From positions 1 through 60,818 of the forward strand of contig JBDLJW010000001.1 in the NCBI GenBank assembly GCA_039714135.1: a DNA stretch of 60,818 bases, in the 5' to 3' direction. The notes beneath the pieces are model-generated. The model saw only the letters and a list, made by a program, of their open reading frames with translations, searched no databases and was not told where the DNA came from. Positions 21,177 to 30,404 of this stretch are shown here, in pieces (position 1 is the stretch's first letter; each line of letters begins with the position of its first letter). Made by a program: the position numbers and the translations under genes. The stretch comes from Verrucomicrobiota bacterium (GTDB lineage Bacteria > Verrucomicrobiota > Kiritimatiellia > Kiritimatiellales > Pontiellaceae).

Positions 21177-22490
21177 TCAAATAGTGGAAGAGGGTTTAGC
21201 ATGATTTCCAATGCTTGGAAAGCGCGCCCAGTCAGCAAGCTGTTCAATATCGCCGGCCCCAACAATCAACAGAAGGTCGCCTTCGCGCAGCACGGATTGG
21301 ATATTTCCCCACACAGCCTGCAGGGTTTCGGAATAGTGAATATGGCTCCCCCACCTATCAGGGAAACGCGCCATCAAATCCTTTGTGGTTCCGCCTTCGA
21401 TGGGCTGCTCTGATGCAGCATAGACGGGAACGAGCCATAGCTTTTCCACCCCTTCGAACGAAGCAGGAAAATCGGCACCAAGCGCGTGCGTGCGGGTGTA
21501 GCGGTGCGGCTGGAAAACCGCGAGCAGCCGTCTGGGCTCCAGTTCCTTCGCAGTCTGGACAAGGGCGGCGACCTCGGTCGGATGATGGGCATAATCTGAA
21601 ACAATCCGGATTCCCCGGTCATCGAAAACAGTTTCAAAGCGGCGGCGGATCGGCCGAATGTTTTCCATTGCCCCGAGGACTTCATCCTCGCTTTTCCACT
21701 GCCTGCATACAGCCAGCGCGGCGGCGGCGTTCCACTGGTTATGGCGCCCGGAAAGGGGCAGCGGAATAGGGGTTTGAGGAAAATGGAACGACTTGCATTT
21801 CGGATTATCGGAACATACCCGGGCAGAAATGGGATCGGCGGCGCAGTAGAAAACCTTCTGCTTCGTGTTTTGAACGAGCTGCTCAAAGCAACCAATGAAC
21901 ATCTCTTCGGAGGCGTGATGCTCCATATGGTCGTACTCTATGTTGGTAATAACGGCATAGTCGGGGGTGTAGCCTGCGACGGTGCCGTCGGATTCGTCGG
22001 CCTCGACCACCATGGTTTCTCCATCACGGGCCACACCTTCGATCCCGGCAATTTCACCGCCGACGCAATAGCCACACCCAAGCACTTGGGCAATCATGGC
22101 GGTGGTGGTGGTTTTCCCGTGTGTACCGCTGACCGCGATACAGGTGCGATCGCGCATGAGCGCCGGGAGCACCTCGCCGCGCCGGGAGACGGGAATGCCC
22201 AGCTCTTGTGCGCGACGCACTTCCGGGTGCGTATCGGGTACGGCGGTGGAACGGATAAGCCAGCTGACTTCCTTGTCAATGTGGCTTTCGTCATGGCCGG
22301 AAAAGATTTGGATCTCGTTTTTCCGTAGCCAATCCGTCTGGCGGTTTTTCTGCAGGTCGCAACCGGTAACGACAAATCCGCGCTCCTTGAGAAGAAAAGC
22401 GACTCCGGCCATGCCAATGCCACCCGCTCCGATCAGATGAACGTGCCCGCCTTTTATGATCAACTGCTGTGCGCGATCAACCGGGTCCAC
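21177..22490 (-). CDS. murC: UDP-N-acetylmuramate--L-alanine ligase
   Basis: HLIGAGGIGM, SGTHGKTTTT, EADESDG, NIEYDHM, DYAHHPTE, FQPHRYTRT, GAGDI. Confidence 0.94.
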   Translation of the reverse strand: MDPVDRAQQLIIKGGHVHLIGAGGIGMAGVAFLLKERGFVVTGCDLQKNRQTDWLRKNEIQIFSGHDESHIDKEVSWLIRSTAVPDTHPEVRRAQELGIPVSRRGEVLPALMRDRTCIAVSGTHGKTTTTAMIAQVLGCGYCVGGEIAGIEGVARDGETMVVEADESDGTVAGYTPDYAVITNIEYDHMEHHASEEMFIGCFEQLVQNTKQKVFYCAADPISARVCSDNPKCKSFHFPQTPIPLPLSGRHNQWNAAAALAVCRQWKSEDEVLGAMENIRPIRRRFETVFDDRGIRIVSDYAHHPTEVAALVQTAKELEPRRLLAVFQPHRYTRTHALGADFPASFEGVEKLWLVPVYAASEQPIEGGTTKDLMARFPDRWGSHIHYSETLQAVWGNIQSVLREGDLLLIVGAGDIEQLADWARFPSIGNHAKPSSTI

Positions 22491-22492
22491 AG

Positions 22493-23587
22493 CTACACTC
22501 CTGCCACTTTTTCGAGCAGGTCGGCCAGCCGACTGGATGCGTTGGGTTGAGCCCGCTTCCTCATGGCGGCGGCCATGTTTGCAAGCCGCTCGGATTTCCC
22601 GGAAACGCTAACGAGATAGTCGCGCAGCCATGTTCCCGTGAGGTCGCTTTCGGCAACTACGTCCGCCGCACAGAAATCCTGCAAAACGCGCGCGTTGCCC
22701 ATCTGATGATCACGCACCGCCGTGGGATATGGAATGAGCAGAGCCGGGAGGGAATAGCAGGCCAACTCGGCGCAGGTGGCAGCCCCCGACCGACAAATGG
22801 CAAGATCGATGGTGGGATAGATATTTTCCATGTGCTGAACAAAATGATGCACTGTCGCCTTAATCCCAGCTTCCGAGTAGATCGCTTCCACTTCATCGCT
22901 GCTCTGCAAACCCGCAATATGCTCAACCTCGATGGCAACGCCCATTCCGACAGCGTCGGCAATCGCCTTGGGCACAATTTGATTGAGCACCCGCGCACCG
23001 CGACTGCCCCCCATTACAAGAACACGCAGCGGATCGTTTTCACCACGCTCGCGGAGAGGCCGGGAGTCCGTGCACTGGAGCGCCTTGCGAAGCGGCATGC
23101 CGGTGGTCTCGATATTATCGTGTTTGAGATAGAACCGCGACTTTTCAAAACTGACGGCCATGGTATGCGCCTTGCGAGCAAGCAGGCTCACAGCGCGTCC
23201 CGGCAGGAGATTGGCCTCGTGCAGGACATAAGGAATCTTGAGCTTCCTTGCGGCCATCACGGGAGCGAACGAGGCATAGCTGCCCATGGCCAAAACCACA
23301 TCGGGGCGGCTTTTGCGCATGGGCGGCAATGCAAGCCGATAGGCCTTGTAGAGCCGAATGACCGTCAGAAGACTCCGAAACGAAACGCCGAACTGGAATC
23401 CCTCGGAAGGAATAGTAATGATTTCTCCCGGCCACTCCTTCACGGCATCGCTCTCAATGTCCTTCCCGGCCATCCAGAGCGTTACATCATGGCCGCGTTC
23501 CAGCAGTTCAAACCCAGTCGCCAGACCTGGGAATATGTGCCCGCCGGTTCCCCCGCAAGCGATTGCAATTTTCAGTTTCTTTTCCAT
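22493..23587 (-). CDS. murG: Lipid I GlcNAc transferase
   Basis: CGGTGGHIFPG, HEAN..PG, GGSRGA, CRSGAAT, PYP..HQ.NA. Exact start uncertain (23587, 23602 or 23626). Confidence 0.95.
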   Translation of the reverse strand: MEKKLKIAIACGGTGGHIFPGLATGFELLERGHDVTLWMAGKDIESDAVKEWPGEIITIPSEGFQFGVSFRSLLTVIRLYKAYRLALPPMRKSRPDVVLAMGSYASFAPVMAARKLKIPYVLHEANLLPGRAVSLLARKAHTMAVSFEKSRFYLKHDNIETTGMPLRKALQCTDSRPLRERGENDPLRVLVMGGSRGARVLNQIVPKAIADAVGMGVAIEVEHIAGLQSSDEVEAIYSEAGIKATVHHFVQHMENIYPTIDLAICRSGAATCAELACYSLPALLIPYPTAVRDHQMGNARVLQDFCAADVVAESDLTGTWLRDYLVSVSGKSERLANMAAAMRKRAQPNASSRLADLLEKVAGV

Positions 23588-23704
23588 CAAGTTGCGTCCC
23601 ATAGAATAAAGCGGAGGTTTTACCATGCACCCCCTCTAATTAGCACTATAATTTATTGATAGAAGCCTCTCCATCCTTATAATTTTTGCCAACCAATTCA
23701 GGAG

Positions 23705-24121
23705 ATGACCATGGAAGACCTTGACCCAATCAAGTTGAAGGCGGAACTCGACCAATTTAAAAAAGAGAAGGAAAAGATCCGGCATCTGATGGGCCAGATC
23801 GGCGGAAAAAACACCGAAAAGCGCGATAAATTGATCAACCACATTTTCGTTGTCCTGATCATTCTCTTGTTCCTTGCCGATGTTGCCCGGCATATTCTGC
23901 ACATTGAAATCCCGCTCCCCCCCCTCTTCTCGCTACAGATCGGCGTATTGCTGGTTTCCATTAAGATTATCTGGATGATGCACAAGTCGACCAAGGTAGA
24001 GCACTTTCAGTTTTGGATTCTCAACTCTATCGAATTTCGTATCAACGACATCGCCAAGCAACTACGCCATCTGGAAAAAACCGTCGAGAAATACCACTCT
24101 GAAGAAGAAAAAGGTTCGTAG
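23705..24121 (+). CDS. Hypothetical membrane protein (coiled coil - 2 TM - coiled coil)
   Basis: AGGAG RBS, charged N-terminus, two hydrophobic segments, HFQFWILNSIEFRIN. Confidence 0.75.
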   Translation: MTMEDLDPIKLKAELDQFKKEKEKIRHLMGQIGGKNTEKRDKLINHIFVVLIILLFLADVARHILHIEIPLPPLFSLQIGVLLVSIKIIWMMHKSTKVEHFQFWILNSIEFRINDIAKQLRHLEKTVEKYHSEEEKGS

Positions 24122-24148
24122 ACGGCCACTCCACAACCACAAATCAAG

Positions 24149-24170
24149 CCGCCTGAGGGCGGAACTGCAT
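24149..24170. repeat. Degenerate single REP-like palindrome
   Basis: CCGCC TGAG GGCGG AACTGCA between convergent genes; reverse reads TGCAG-TTCCGCCCTCAGGCGG. Confidence 0.35.
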
Positions 24171-24175
24171 GCGTA

Positions 24176-25021
24176 TTACCTAAACGGCAAAACGGCATCC
24201 AGCGAATCGGCTCCGGCAATCAGCATGAGAAGACGATCAACCCCCAAAGCCACCCCGCCGGATGCCGGCATCTTTTCCAATGCCCGCATAAAGGCTTCAT
24301 CGATAGGATAGGCTTCCTTGCCCAGCGACCTGCGCTGCCTGGCACACTCCTCGAAGCGGCGGCGTTGCTCGACAGGGTCTGTCAGCTCGGAATAGGCGTT
24401 GGCGATTTCAACTCCGTCTATGTACAACTCCCAACGCTCGGCCACCAGCGGATTGTCCGGTTTTCGCCGCGAGAGTGCGGCGGCCTCTACAGGATAGTCG
24501 ATAAGAACAACCGGCCCACCAAGCTGCTTTAGCGCAGGCTCAACTCTTTCAACCAGATCGATATCGAAGCGATCTTCGGTGTAGTTGCCAACAGGATCCC
24601 AGCCGGCAAACCTTTTGAATGCCTCGGATACCGTCAGGATTTCCCAGTCACCGGAACACTCCTTCCAGACAAAGGAAACCAGAGCCTTGGTGTCGTTAAG
24701 GATATCCATGTAGTCGGCATTGGCGCGGTACCATTCCAACATGGTATATTCGGGATTGTGCAAAGCACCGAATTCCCCGCGCCGAAAACATTTCCCAACT
24801 TCGAATATTTTTTTGTGGCCAGCGGCAAGCAACTGCTTGTGGAAGATTTCAGGCGAAGTTCGCAGATACCAGTCGCCGCTAGGCTCGGCATCGATGTGCA
24901 ATTCCATGCAGGGAACCTTCAGGCGAACCGGCGTCTCGACCTCGGCAAAACCCCGTTCATGAAAAAACGCCCTGATGCTTCGCATCACGGCGTCTCGCAA
25001 TACTATGCTATCGGCAGGCAT
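24176..25021 (-). CDS. epmA: EF-P beta-lysine ligase (LysRS-like catalytic domain only)
   Basis: EVETP, YLRTSPE, FRRGE..HNPEYTMLEWY, ERWELYIDGVEIANAYSEL, GVALGVDRL; directly downstream of efp. Confidence 0.93.
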   Translation of the reverse strand: MPADSIVLRDAVMRSIRAFFHERGFAEVETPVRLKVPCMELHIDAEPSGDWYLRTSPEIFHKQLLAAGHKKIFEVGKCFRRGEFGALHNPEYTMLEWYRANADYMDILNDTKALVSFVWKECSGDWEILTVSEAFKRFAGWDPVGNYTEDRFDIDLVERVEPALKQLGGPVVLIDYPVEAAALSRRKPDNPLVAERWELYIDGVEIANAYSELTDPVEQRRRFEECARQRRSLGKEAYPIDEAFMRALEKMPASGGVALGVDRLLMLIAGADSLDAVLPFR

Positions 25022-25587
25022 TATCCCTTGGACACGCGGTCCGCATAGGTTCCGGTGCGCGTATCGATGCGGATAGTATCGCCTTCATTGATGAAAATCG
25101 GCACGTTGATTTCGAAGCCGTTGGACAGCTTGGCGGGTTTCATTACGTTGGTAGCGGTGTCGCCGCGAGCACCGGGCTCGGTTTCGGCGACTTCCATTTC
25201 AACGAAGTTCGGAAGGCTGACGTCCAGCGCACGATCATTGTGGAACAGGATTTCAACCTGCATGTCGTCAACAATGAAATATTTCAGGTCGCACAGCAAC
25301 TCGTCGTTCAGGCGGGCTTCCTCGTAGGTTTCGTTATCGGAAAAGACATACTCTTCGCCATCGATGTAGGAGAAGGTGAAATCGCGCGAAATCAAAGCAC
25401 AACGGTTGATTTTCTCCACCGACCGATAGGTTTTGTCAAAAGTGTTCCCGGTAATCAGGTTCTTGATCTTGCAACGATAGAGCGCCTGGCCCTTGCCTGG
25501 CTTGGAAAACTCAAAATTGGTGATCATGCAGGGATCACCGTCTATCTCGATTTTTAGGCCTTTTTTCAGGTCGGATGCACTGTACAT
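25021..25587 (-). CDS. efp: Elongation factor P
   Basis: KPGKGQA loop, PGARGDTA, VPIFINEGD..IDTRTGTY. Start at ATG 25587. Confidence 0.98.
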   Translation of the reverse strand: MYSASDLKKGLKIEIDGDPCMITNFEFSKPGKGQALYRCKIKNLITGNTFDKTYRSVEKINRCALISRDFTFSYIDGEEYVFSDNETYEEARLNDELLCDLKYFIVDDMQVEILFHNDRALDVSLPNFVEMEVAETEPGARGDTATNVMKPAKLSNGFEINVPIFINEGDTIRIDTRTGTYADRVSKG

Positions 25588-25828
25588 GGATATTGCCTCA
25601 ATTGTTCTAAAAGTTAAAAAAGAGCGCGCATTATGCAAGAAGCCCCCTGCCCTGCCAAGCGGTTTTTTCAAACCCCGCTCACAAGACAAAGACTGCTTTT
25701 AAACAAAAAAACCACCGGAAAAGCATGGCGTTTTTCAACTTAAATATCTACATTTGCACCGTATTTCGGTTGGCTTGTCTTTTCGAGTCAAAATTACTGG
25801 TACACCATGCAAAAGGAAGGCGGGGGAT

Positions 25829-26572
25829 ATGAAAAAGGTATTGAGCATAACAATGATAATGGTGCTGGCGGCAGGTATTGCAACAAATGTGGCGGCAAAA
25901 TCTGAAAAGAAAAACGCACCCAAACGACGCTTTGTTGAAGAGACTTTAGCAGAAATCGGCGAAAAACACTCCCCTGAAAAAATGGATGTAAAGAAAATCA
26001 CATCCGTCGAAATCGGGGATACCTACTACCACATCTACGAAGGTGAATTGGATAAAACAGGTTACCACATTATTGTTTTCGACAACTATGAAAACTATCT
26101 CGGATACTACAAAAGCGAATATCCCCCAAGCAACTATCAGATAGACGGGTGTATTGTAATCGACTCGAACGAGATCGATGACGAGACCGGCGATCAAGTG
26201 TACTTCAGAATCCCTATTGACGAAAAAAAGGGACTCCCCAAAAAGCTGGAACTCGGCGGAATCCCTGTTTCACTTGTAAAGTCACCATACAGTGAAGCCA
26301 AAGCCCAGGAAAAATCCAACGGCGGCCCCGCCATTAAAACCACTAAAGGAGTTGCCGAGGAAGAAAAAGAGGAAGAGGTAAAACCCGAATTTCGGACATG
26401 GACCATCACCAAAAAAGGCAAGAAATTCAAAGCACGCGCCATTTTCCTGAAACGGGAAGGAAACAATATCTTCCTGAGACTGGAAGCAAACAGCATGGAA
26501 GGCAGCTTCTCCCTGTTCACCCTCTCCAAGGAAGATCAGGAATATGTAAAACAGTTCAAGAAAAAGAAGTAG
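25829..26572 (+). CDS. Secreted hypothetical protein with a C-terminal SHD1-like domain
   Basis: Signal peptide MKKVLSITMIMVLAAGIATNVAA; C-terminal RTWT..GKKFKA.....LSKEDQEYV. Confidence 0.7.
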   Translation: MKKVLSITMIMVLAAGIATNVAAKSEKKNAPKRRFVEETLAEIGEKHSPEKMDVKKITSVEIGDTYYHIYEGELDKTGYHIIVFDNYENYLGYYKSEYPPSNYQIDGCIVIDSNEIDDETGDQVYFRIPIDEKKGLPKKLELGGIPVSLVKSPYSEAKAQEKSNGGPAIKTTKGVAEEEKEEEVKPEFRTWTITKKGKKFKARAIFLKREGNNIFLRLEANSMEGSFSLFTLSKEDQEYVKQFKKKK

Positions 26573-26597
26573 TAGATGCTTCCCCTGTTTTCTACGG

Positions 26598-26631
26598 AAA
26601 AAAGAGCCACCTCTTCCGGGTGGCTCTTTTT
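26598..26631 (+). terminator. Intrinsic terminator (potentially bidirectional)
   Basis: AAAAAAGAGCCACC TCTTCCG GGTGGCTCTTTTT. Confidence 0.8.
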
Positions 26632-26651
26632 GGCTATTTAAGGAACCTCAC

Positions 26652-27155
26652 ATGGGTCTGTTCAATAAAAAATTTACAATCGTTGTGGTTTGCAAGGCAA
26701 ACATAACGCGAAGCGCCTACCTTCACGGCTACATGGAAAACTACCTAAGGGAACACATGCCCTATGCACGCAAGAAAGTGCGAGTCCTTTCGGCCGGAGT
26801 ACAGGCGCGCAGTGGAAAGTCGGCCAGCCAGGTCGTGCGGCATGTGGCCAAACTAAATGGCTTTTCCCTCAGATCCCACCACTCCGATCCCCTGACTAAA
26901 AAGACGATCAAAGAGGCTGACGTGATTCTAGTGATGGAGAACTGGCAAAAAGATGCCATTCTCGAGCACTTCCCGCAGGCCGCAGAAAAAACCTTCCGGA
27001 TGATGGAGTATCTCTGGAACGGTGACAGCGAAGATATCCGCGACATCCCCGACCCCACCGGACAGAACACTGCCGACTATGAAGAGTTCATCTCAGTCGC
27101 CCATGCCGAGGTTGAACGCATCTTCCGCGAGCTTGCCCGCGAAGAAATTATCTAA
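26652..27155 (+). CDS. Low-molecular-weight protein phosphatase family (Tyr/Arg) protein
   Basis: VVCKANITRS (C-x5-R), SAGV, ADVILVME, DIPDPTG. Confidence 0.85.
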   Translation: MGLFNKKFTIVVVCKANITRSAYLHGYMENYLREHMPYARKKVRVLSAGVQARSGKSASQVVRHVAKLNGFSLRSHHSDPLTKKTIKEADVILVMENWQKDAILEHFPQAAEKTFRMMEYLWNGDSEDIRDIPDPTGQNTADYEEFISVAHAEVERIFRELAREEII

Positions 27156-27172
27156 AACACGCGGAAACAGGC

Positions 27173-27928
27173 TCAAGTCAGGTCTGGAACCGTTAAAACT
27201 TCAGCCTTTTCCTTGCCGACGGCGACGGTGTGCTCGAAGTGGGCGGAGGGGAGACGGTCCTTGGTAACAACGGTCCAGCCATCCTTTAGGGTTTCGGTCT
27301 TGTGTACACCGAGATTGATCATGGGCTCGATGCAAAGAGTCATCCCAGCCTTAAGGACCGGCCCGCGCCCCGCCGGGCCATAGTTCGGGAGTTGGGGATC
27401 CTCGTGCAGGTCGCGGCCGATGCCGTGGCCGACAAAGTCCCGTACAACGGAAAAGCCGGCACCCTCAGCCACCCCCTGCACCGCGTTTGAAATATCGGAA
27501 AGATGATTTCCTTCGACCGCTTTTTCGACTCCGGCAGCCAGGCACTCCCGTGTAGCATCCATGAGCCTCTGCCATTCGGGATCGACCTCCCCCACAGCCA
27601 CTGTGGTGGCAGTATCGCCCACAAATCCACCATGCACCAAACCAAAATCGAGGCTTACGATATCACCATTGCGAACAACTCGGGATCCGGGGATGCCGTG
27701 TACCACCTCTTCATTGATGGAACAGCAAATACGGCCAGGAAAACCATGGTAGCCGTAGAAGGCGCAACGCCCTTCCTCTTTACGAGCAAGCTCAGAGGCA
27801 TATTCGTCCAATTCCTTTGTAGTAACGCCAGCCGCAACCTTGGCCGCAACCTTATGGAGAATCGTGGCGGTCTTTCTTGCGGCAATACGCATGGCTGCAA
27901 GTTCGTCCAGCTTCTTTATAATGATCAT
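27173..27928 (-). CDS. map: Methionine aminopeptidase type I
   Basis: SINEEVVHGIPG, GDIVSLDFG, GHGIG..LHEDP, IEPM, SAHFEHT. Confidence 0.98.
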   Translation of the reverse strand: MIIIKKLDELAAMRIAARKTATILHKVAAKVAAGVTTKELDEYASELARKEEGRCAFYGYHGFPGRICCSINEEVVHGIPGSRVVRNGDIVSLDFGLVHGGFVGDTATTVAVGEVDPEWQRLMDATRECLAAGVEKAVEGNHLSDISNAVQGVAEGAGFSVVRDFVGHGIGRDLHEDPQLPNYGPAGRGPVLKAGMTLCIEPMINLGVHKTETLKDGWTVVTKDRLPSAHFEHTVAVGKEKAEVLTVPDLT

Positions 27929-27935
27929 GTATCGC

Positions 27936-28577
27936 CTATCCTAGTTGTTCAAAAACCGCGTTCCTGACCTTCGGGATACTCTGCGCGGCATCGATGGAAT
28001 GGATGAGGTTCCTGACCTGATAGTATTCGATGAGCGGCTCGGTCTGCTCAGCATAGACTTCAAGGCGTTTCATGATGGTTTCAGGTTGATCATCGGGGCG
28101 TTGCACCAGCTCGCCTCCGTCGACTGCACATCGGCCGCCGGCGGAAGATGGCTTATATTCAACATGGTATACCGCGCCGCAACTTATGCACGTACGACGG
28201 CCGGAAAGACGATCAATGATGGTTTGGTCCGGGCACTCAAGCAGTAGGACCGCATCAAGACTCCCCTCGAACGATCGAATCAGCTCATCAAGCTTCTCAG
28301 CCTGAACCAGAGTCCGAGGAAAGCCGTCGAAAAGAAAGCGAGCGTTGCACTCCGAACCCTGAAGAAGATCGCGGATCATGCTGACAACAATTTCATCAGA
28401 GACAAAACGACCCTGATCCATCGATTTTTTGGCTTCCAACCCAAGCGGGGTTTCAAGGCGAATCTGCTCTCTCAAAAGATCGCCAGTGGAAACATGGGCA
28501 AATCCCTTCTCCACCAACACCTCGGCCACGGTGCCTTTCCCAGCTCCGGGAGGGCCCAATAGAACGATCGCAGTCAT
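27936..28577 (-). CDS. adk: Adenylate kinase (Zn-type LID)
   Basis: GPPGAGKGT, STGDLLR, FDGFPRT, RRTCISCG..CAVDG, QRPDD. Confidence 0.97.
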   Translation of the reverse strand: MTAIVLLGPPGAGKGTVAEVLVEKGFAHVSTGDLLREQIRLETPLGLEAKKSMDQGRFVSDEIVVSMIRDLLQGSECNARFLFDGFPRTLVQAEKLDELIRSFEGSLDAVLLLECPDQTIIDRLSGRRTCISCGAVYHVEYKPSSAGGRCAVDGGELVQRPDDQPETIMKRLEVYAEQTEPLIEYYQVRNLIHSIDAAQSIPKVRNAVFEQLG

Positions 28578-29923
28578 TATCTTCTGCGCATTTTGCCTTT
28601 TTGCAGGAAGCCGTCATAGTGGCGCATCAGGAGATGCGACTCGATCTGACGCATGGTATCAAGCATCACACCCACAATAATCAGAATGCTGGTTCCGCCA
28701 AAAAAGGAAGATACCGCATAGGGAATGTTCAGCTGGGCCGAAATAACATTCGGCAACAAGGCAATTACGGTCAGGAAGATCGCACCTGCAAGAGTCAGAC
28801 GGGTCATGGTACGATCAAGAAACTCGGCCGTTGGACGCCCGGGACGAATTCCGGGAACATAGCCGCCCTGCGTCTTGAGATTGTCTGCAATCTGAATCGG
28901 GTTGAACTGCGTAGCGACCCAGAAGTAGGAGAAAAATAGAATCATCAGGCCAAAGAAGACCATATACCAAACCGAACCCGGGGTAATCGCCCCAGCGGCC
29001 ACTCGCGCCCACTCACCCGGCAGAAAACGCAGGATAAACGCGGGAATCCCCATGATCGCCCCAGCGAAAATGATCGGCATTACTCCAGAATAGTTGACGC
29101 GCAACGGCAGGTGCTGGGTTCCGCCCTGCATCATTTTACGACCAACCATGCGCTTGGCATACTGCACCGGGATCTTTTGCTGCGCCTGCGTAATGGCCAC
29201 AACACCAAGAATCACACCGAACAGTAGGGCCAACAGGAGTCCCAGGTGAAAAATACCGATTTCGGCAACTCCATCAATGCGGCTCATTTTATCGATCAGT
29301 GATTTAACTGCGATCGGCAACCGGCTGACAATATTGACGGTAATAATGATGGAAATACCGTTACCAATACCACGATCCGTAATCTGCTCACCAATCCACA
29401 TGATCAGCAACGAAGCCGTTACCATGGCGATAACCGTCAGAAATATAAAGCCCATGCCCGGAATACGAACAACATCGGCAGGAAGTCCGGAACCTAGAAA
29501 ATTGCCGGACTGTAACGAAACGCCAATACCGAAAGCCTGAATCGTACAAATTATAACGGTCAGATAGCGGGTATACTGCGTGATTTTCTGCCGACCAACA
29601 TCGCCTTCGCGCGCCAGCCGTTCCAAATGTGGCACCACGGCTGTCATCAACTGCAGAATAATGGATGCACTGATGTAGGGCATGATACCCAAAGCGCCGA
29701 TGGAAGCCTGCAACAATGCACCACCACTAAACATGTTAAACATGCCAAGAAAACCACCACCATTGGAAGTCATGCTCTCAAAATACGCACGAATCATGGC
29801 TGCATCCACGCCCGGAAGCGGAATTGCAGCAATCAAACGGCATATGAAAACCAGGCCAAAGGTGAAAAGGATACGTTGCCTAAGTTCGGGAATCTTGAAG
29901 GTGTTGGCGAATGCGGAAAGCAT
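28577..29923 (-). CDS. secY: Preprotein translocase subunit SecY
   Basis: ALGIMPYISASII, WIGEQITDRGIGNGIS, GVMPIIFA, GIRPG, GGTSILI. Confidence 0.99.
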   Translation of the reverse strand: MLSAFANTFKIPELRQRILFTFGLVFICRLIAAIPLPGVDAAMIRAYFESMTSNGGGFLGMFNMFSGGALLQASIGALGIMPYISASIILQLMTAVVPHLERLAREGDVGRQKITQYTRYLTVIICTIQAFGIGVSLQSGNFLGSGLPADVVRIPGMGFIFLTVIAMVTASLLIMWIGEQITDRGIGNGISIIITVNIVSRLPIAVKSLIDKMSRIDGVAEIGIFHLGLLLALLFGVILGVVAITQAQQKIPVQYAKRMVGRKMMQGGTQHLPLRVNYSGVMPIIFAGAIMGIPAFILRFLPGEWARVAAGAITPGSVWYMVFFGLMILFFSYFWVATQFNPIQIADNLKTQGGYVPGIRPGRPTAEFLDRTMTRLTLAGAIFLTVIALLPNVISAQLNIPYAVSSFFGGTSILIIVGVMLDTMRQIESHLLMRHYDGFLQKGKMRRR

Positions 29924-29941
29924 GGGGAGAGACCTTTCGGT

Positions 29942-30382
29942 TTAGACGATTTCGCAGGTGCCGCCAGCGGCTTCGATCTTTTCCTTGGCCGAAGCGGAGA
30001 AGGCATTAGCCTTGACCGTCAGTTTCTTTTCCACGCTTCCACTTCCAAGGACTTTCACGCCGTCGAAACGACCGTTCACCAGTCCTTTTTCCTTGAGCAA
30101 ATCGATGGTGACTTCAGCGCCATCCTCGAAAACGTTGAGAGCATCAAGGTTCACCGGAAGGAATTCCTTGCGGTTAAAGTTATTGAAACCACGCTTCGGA
30201 AGCTTGCGGACGAACGGCATCTGTCCACCTTCGAACAGCGGCTTGTGCACACTGCCGGTACGAGACATCTGACCCTTATGACCACGCCCGGAGGTTTTAC
30301 CCTTGCCCGATGCACGGCCACGGCCGAGACGGATTTTCCGATGCTTGGAACCTTCTGTTGTCTGCAAAGAATGCAAATCCAT
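29942..30382 (-). CDS. rplO: 50S ribosomal protein L15
   Basis: [33 protein letters not shown]. Start at 30382. Confidence 0.99.
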   Translation of the reverse strand: MDLHSLQTTEGSKHRKIRLGRGRASGKGKTSGRGHKGQMSRTGSVHKPLFEGGQMPFVRKLPKRGFNNFNRKEFLPVNLDALNVFEDGAEVTIDLLKEKGLVNGRFDGVKVLGSGSVEKKLTVKANAFSASAKEKIEAAGGTCEIV

Positions 30383-30404
30383 GACTAAATCCTCTTGATA
30401 ATAA

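Noticed and set aside
19316-21184. 622-aa plus-strand ORF
   Set aside because: Antisense to recD2 and the FmdB gene; no motifs.
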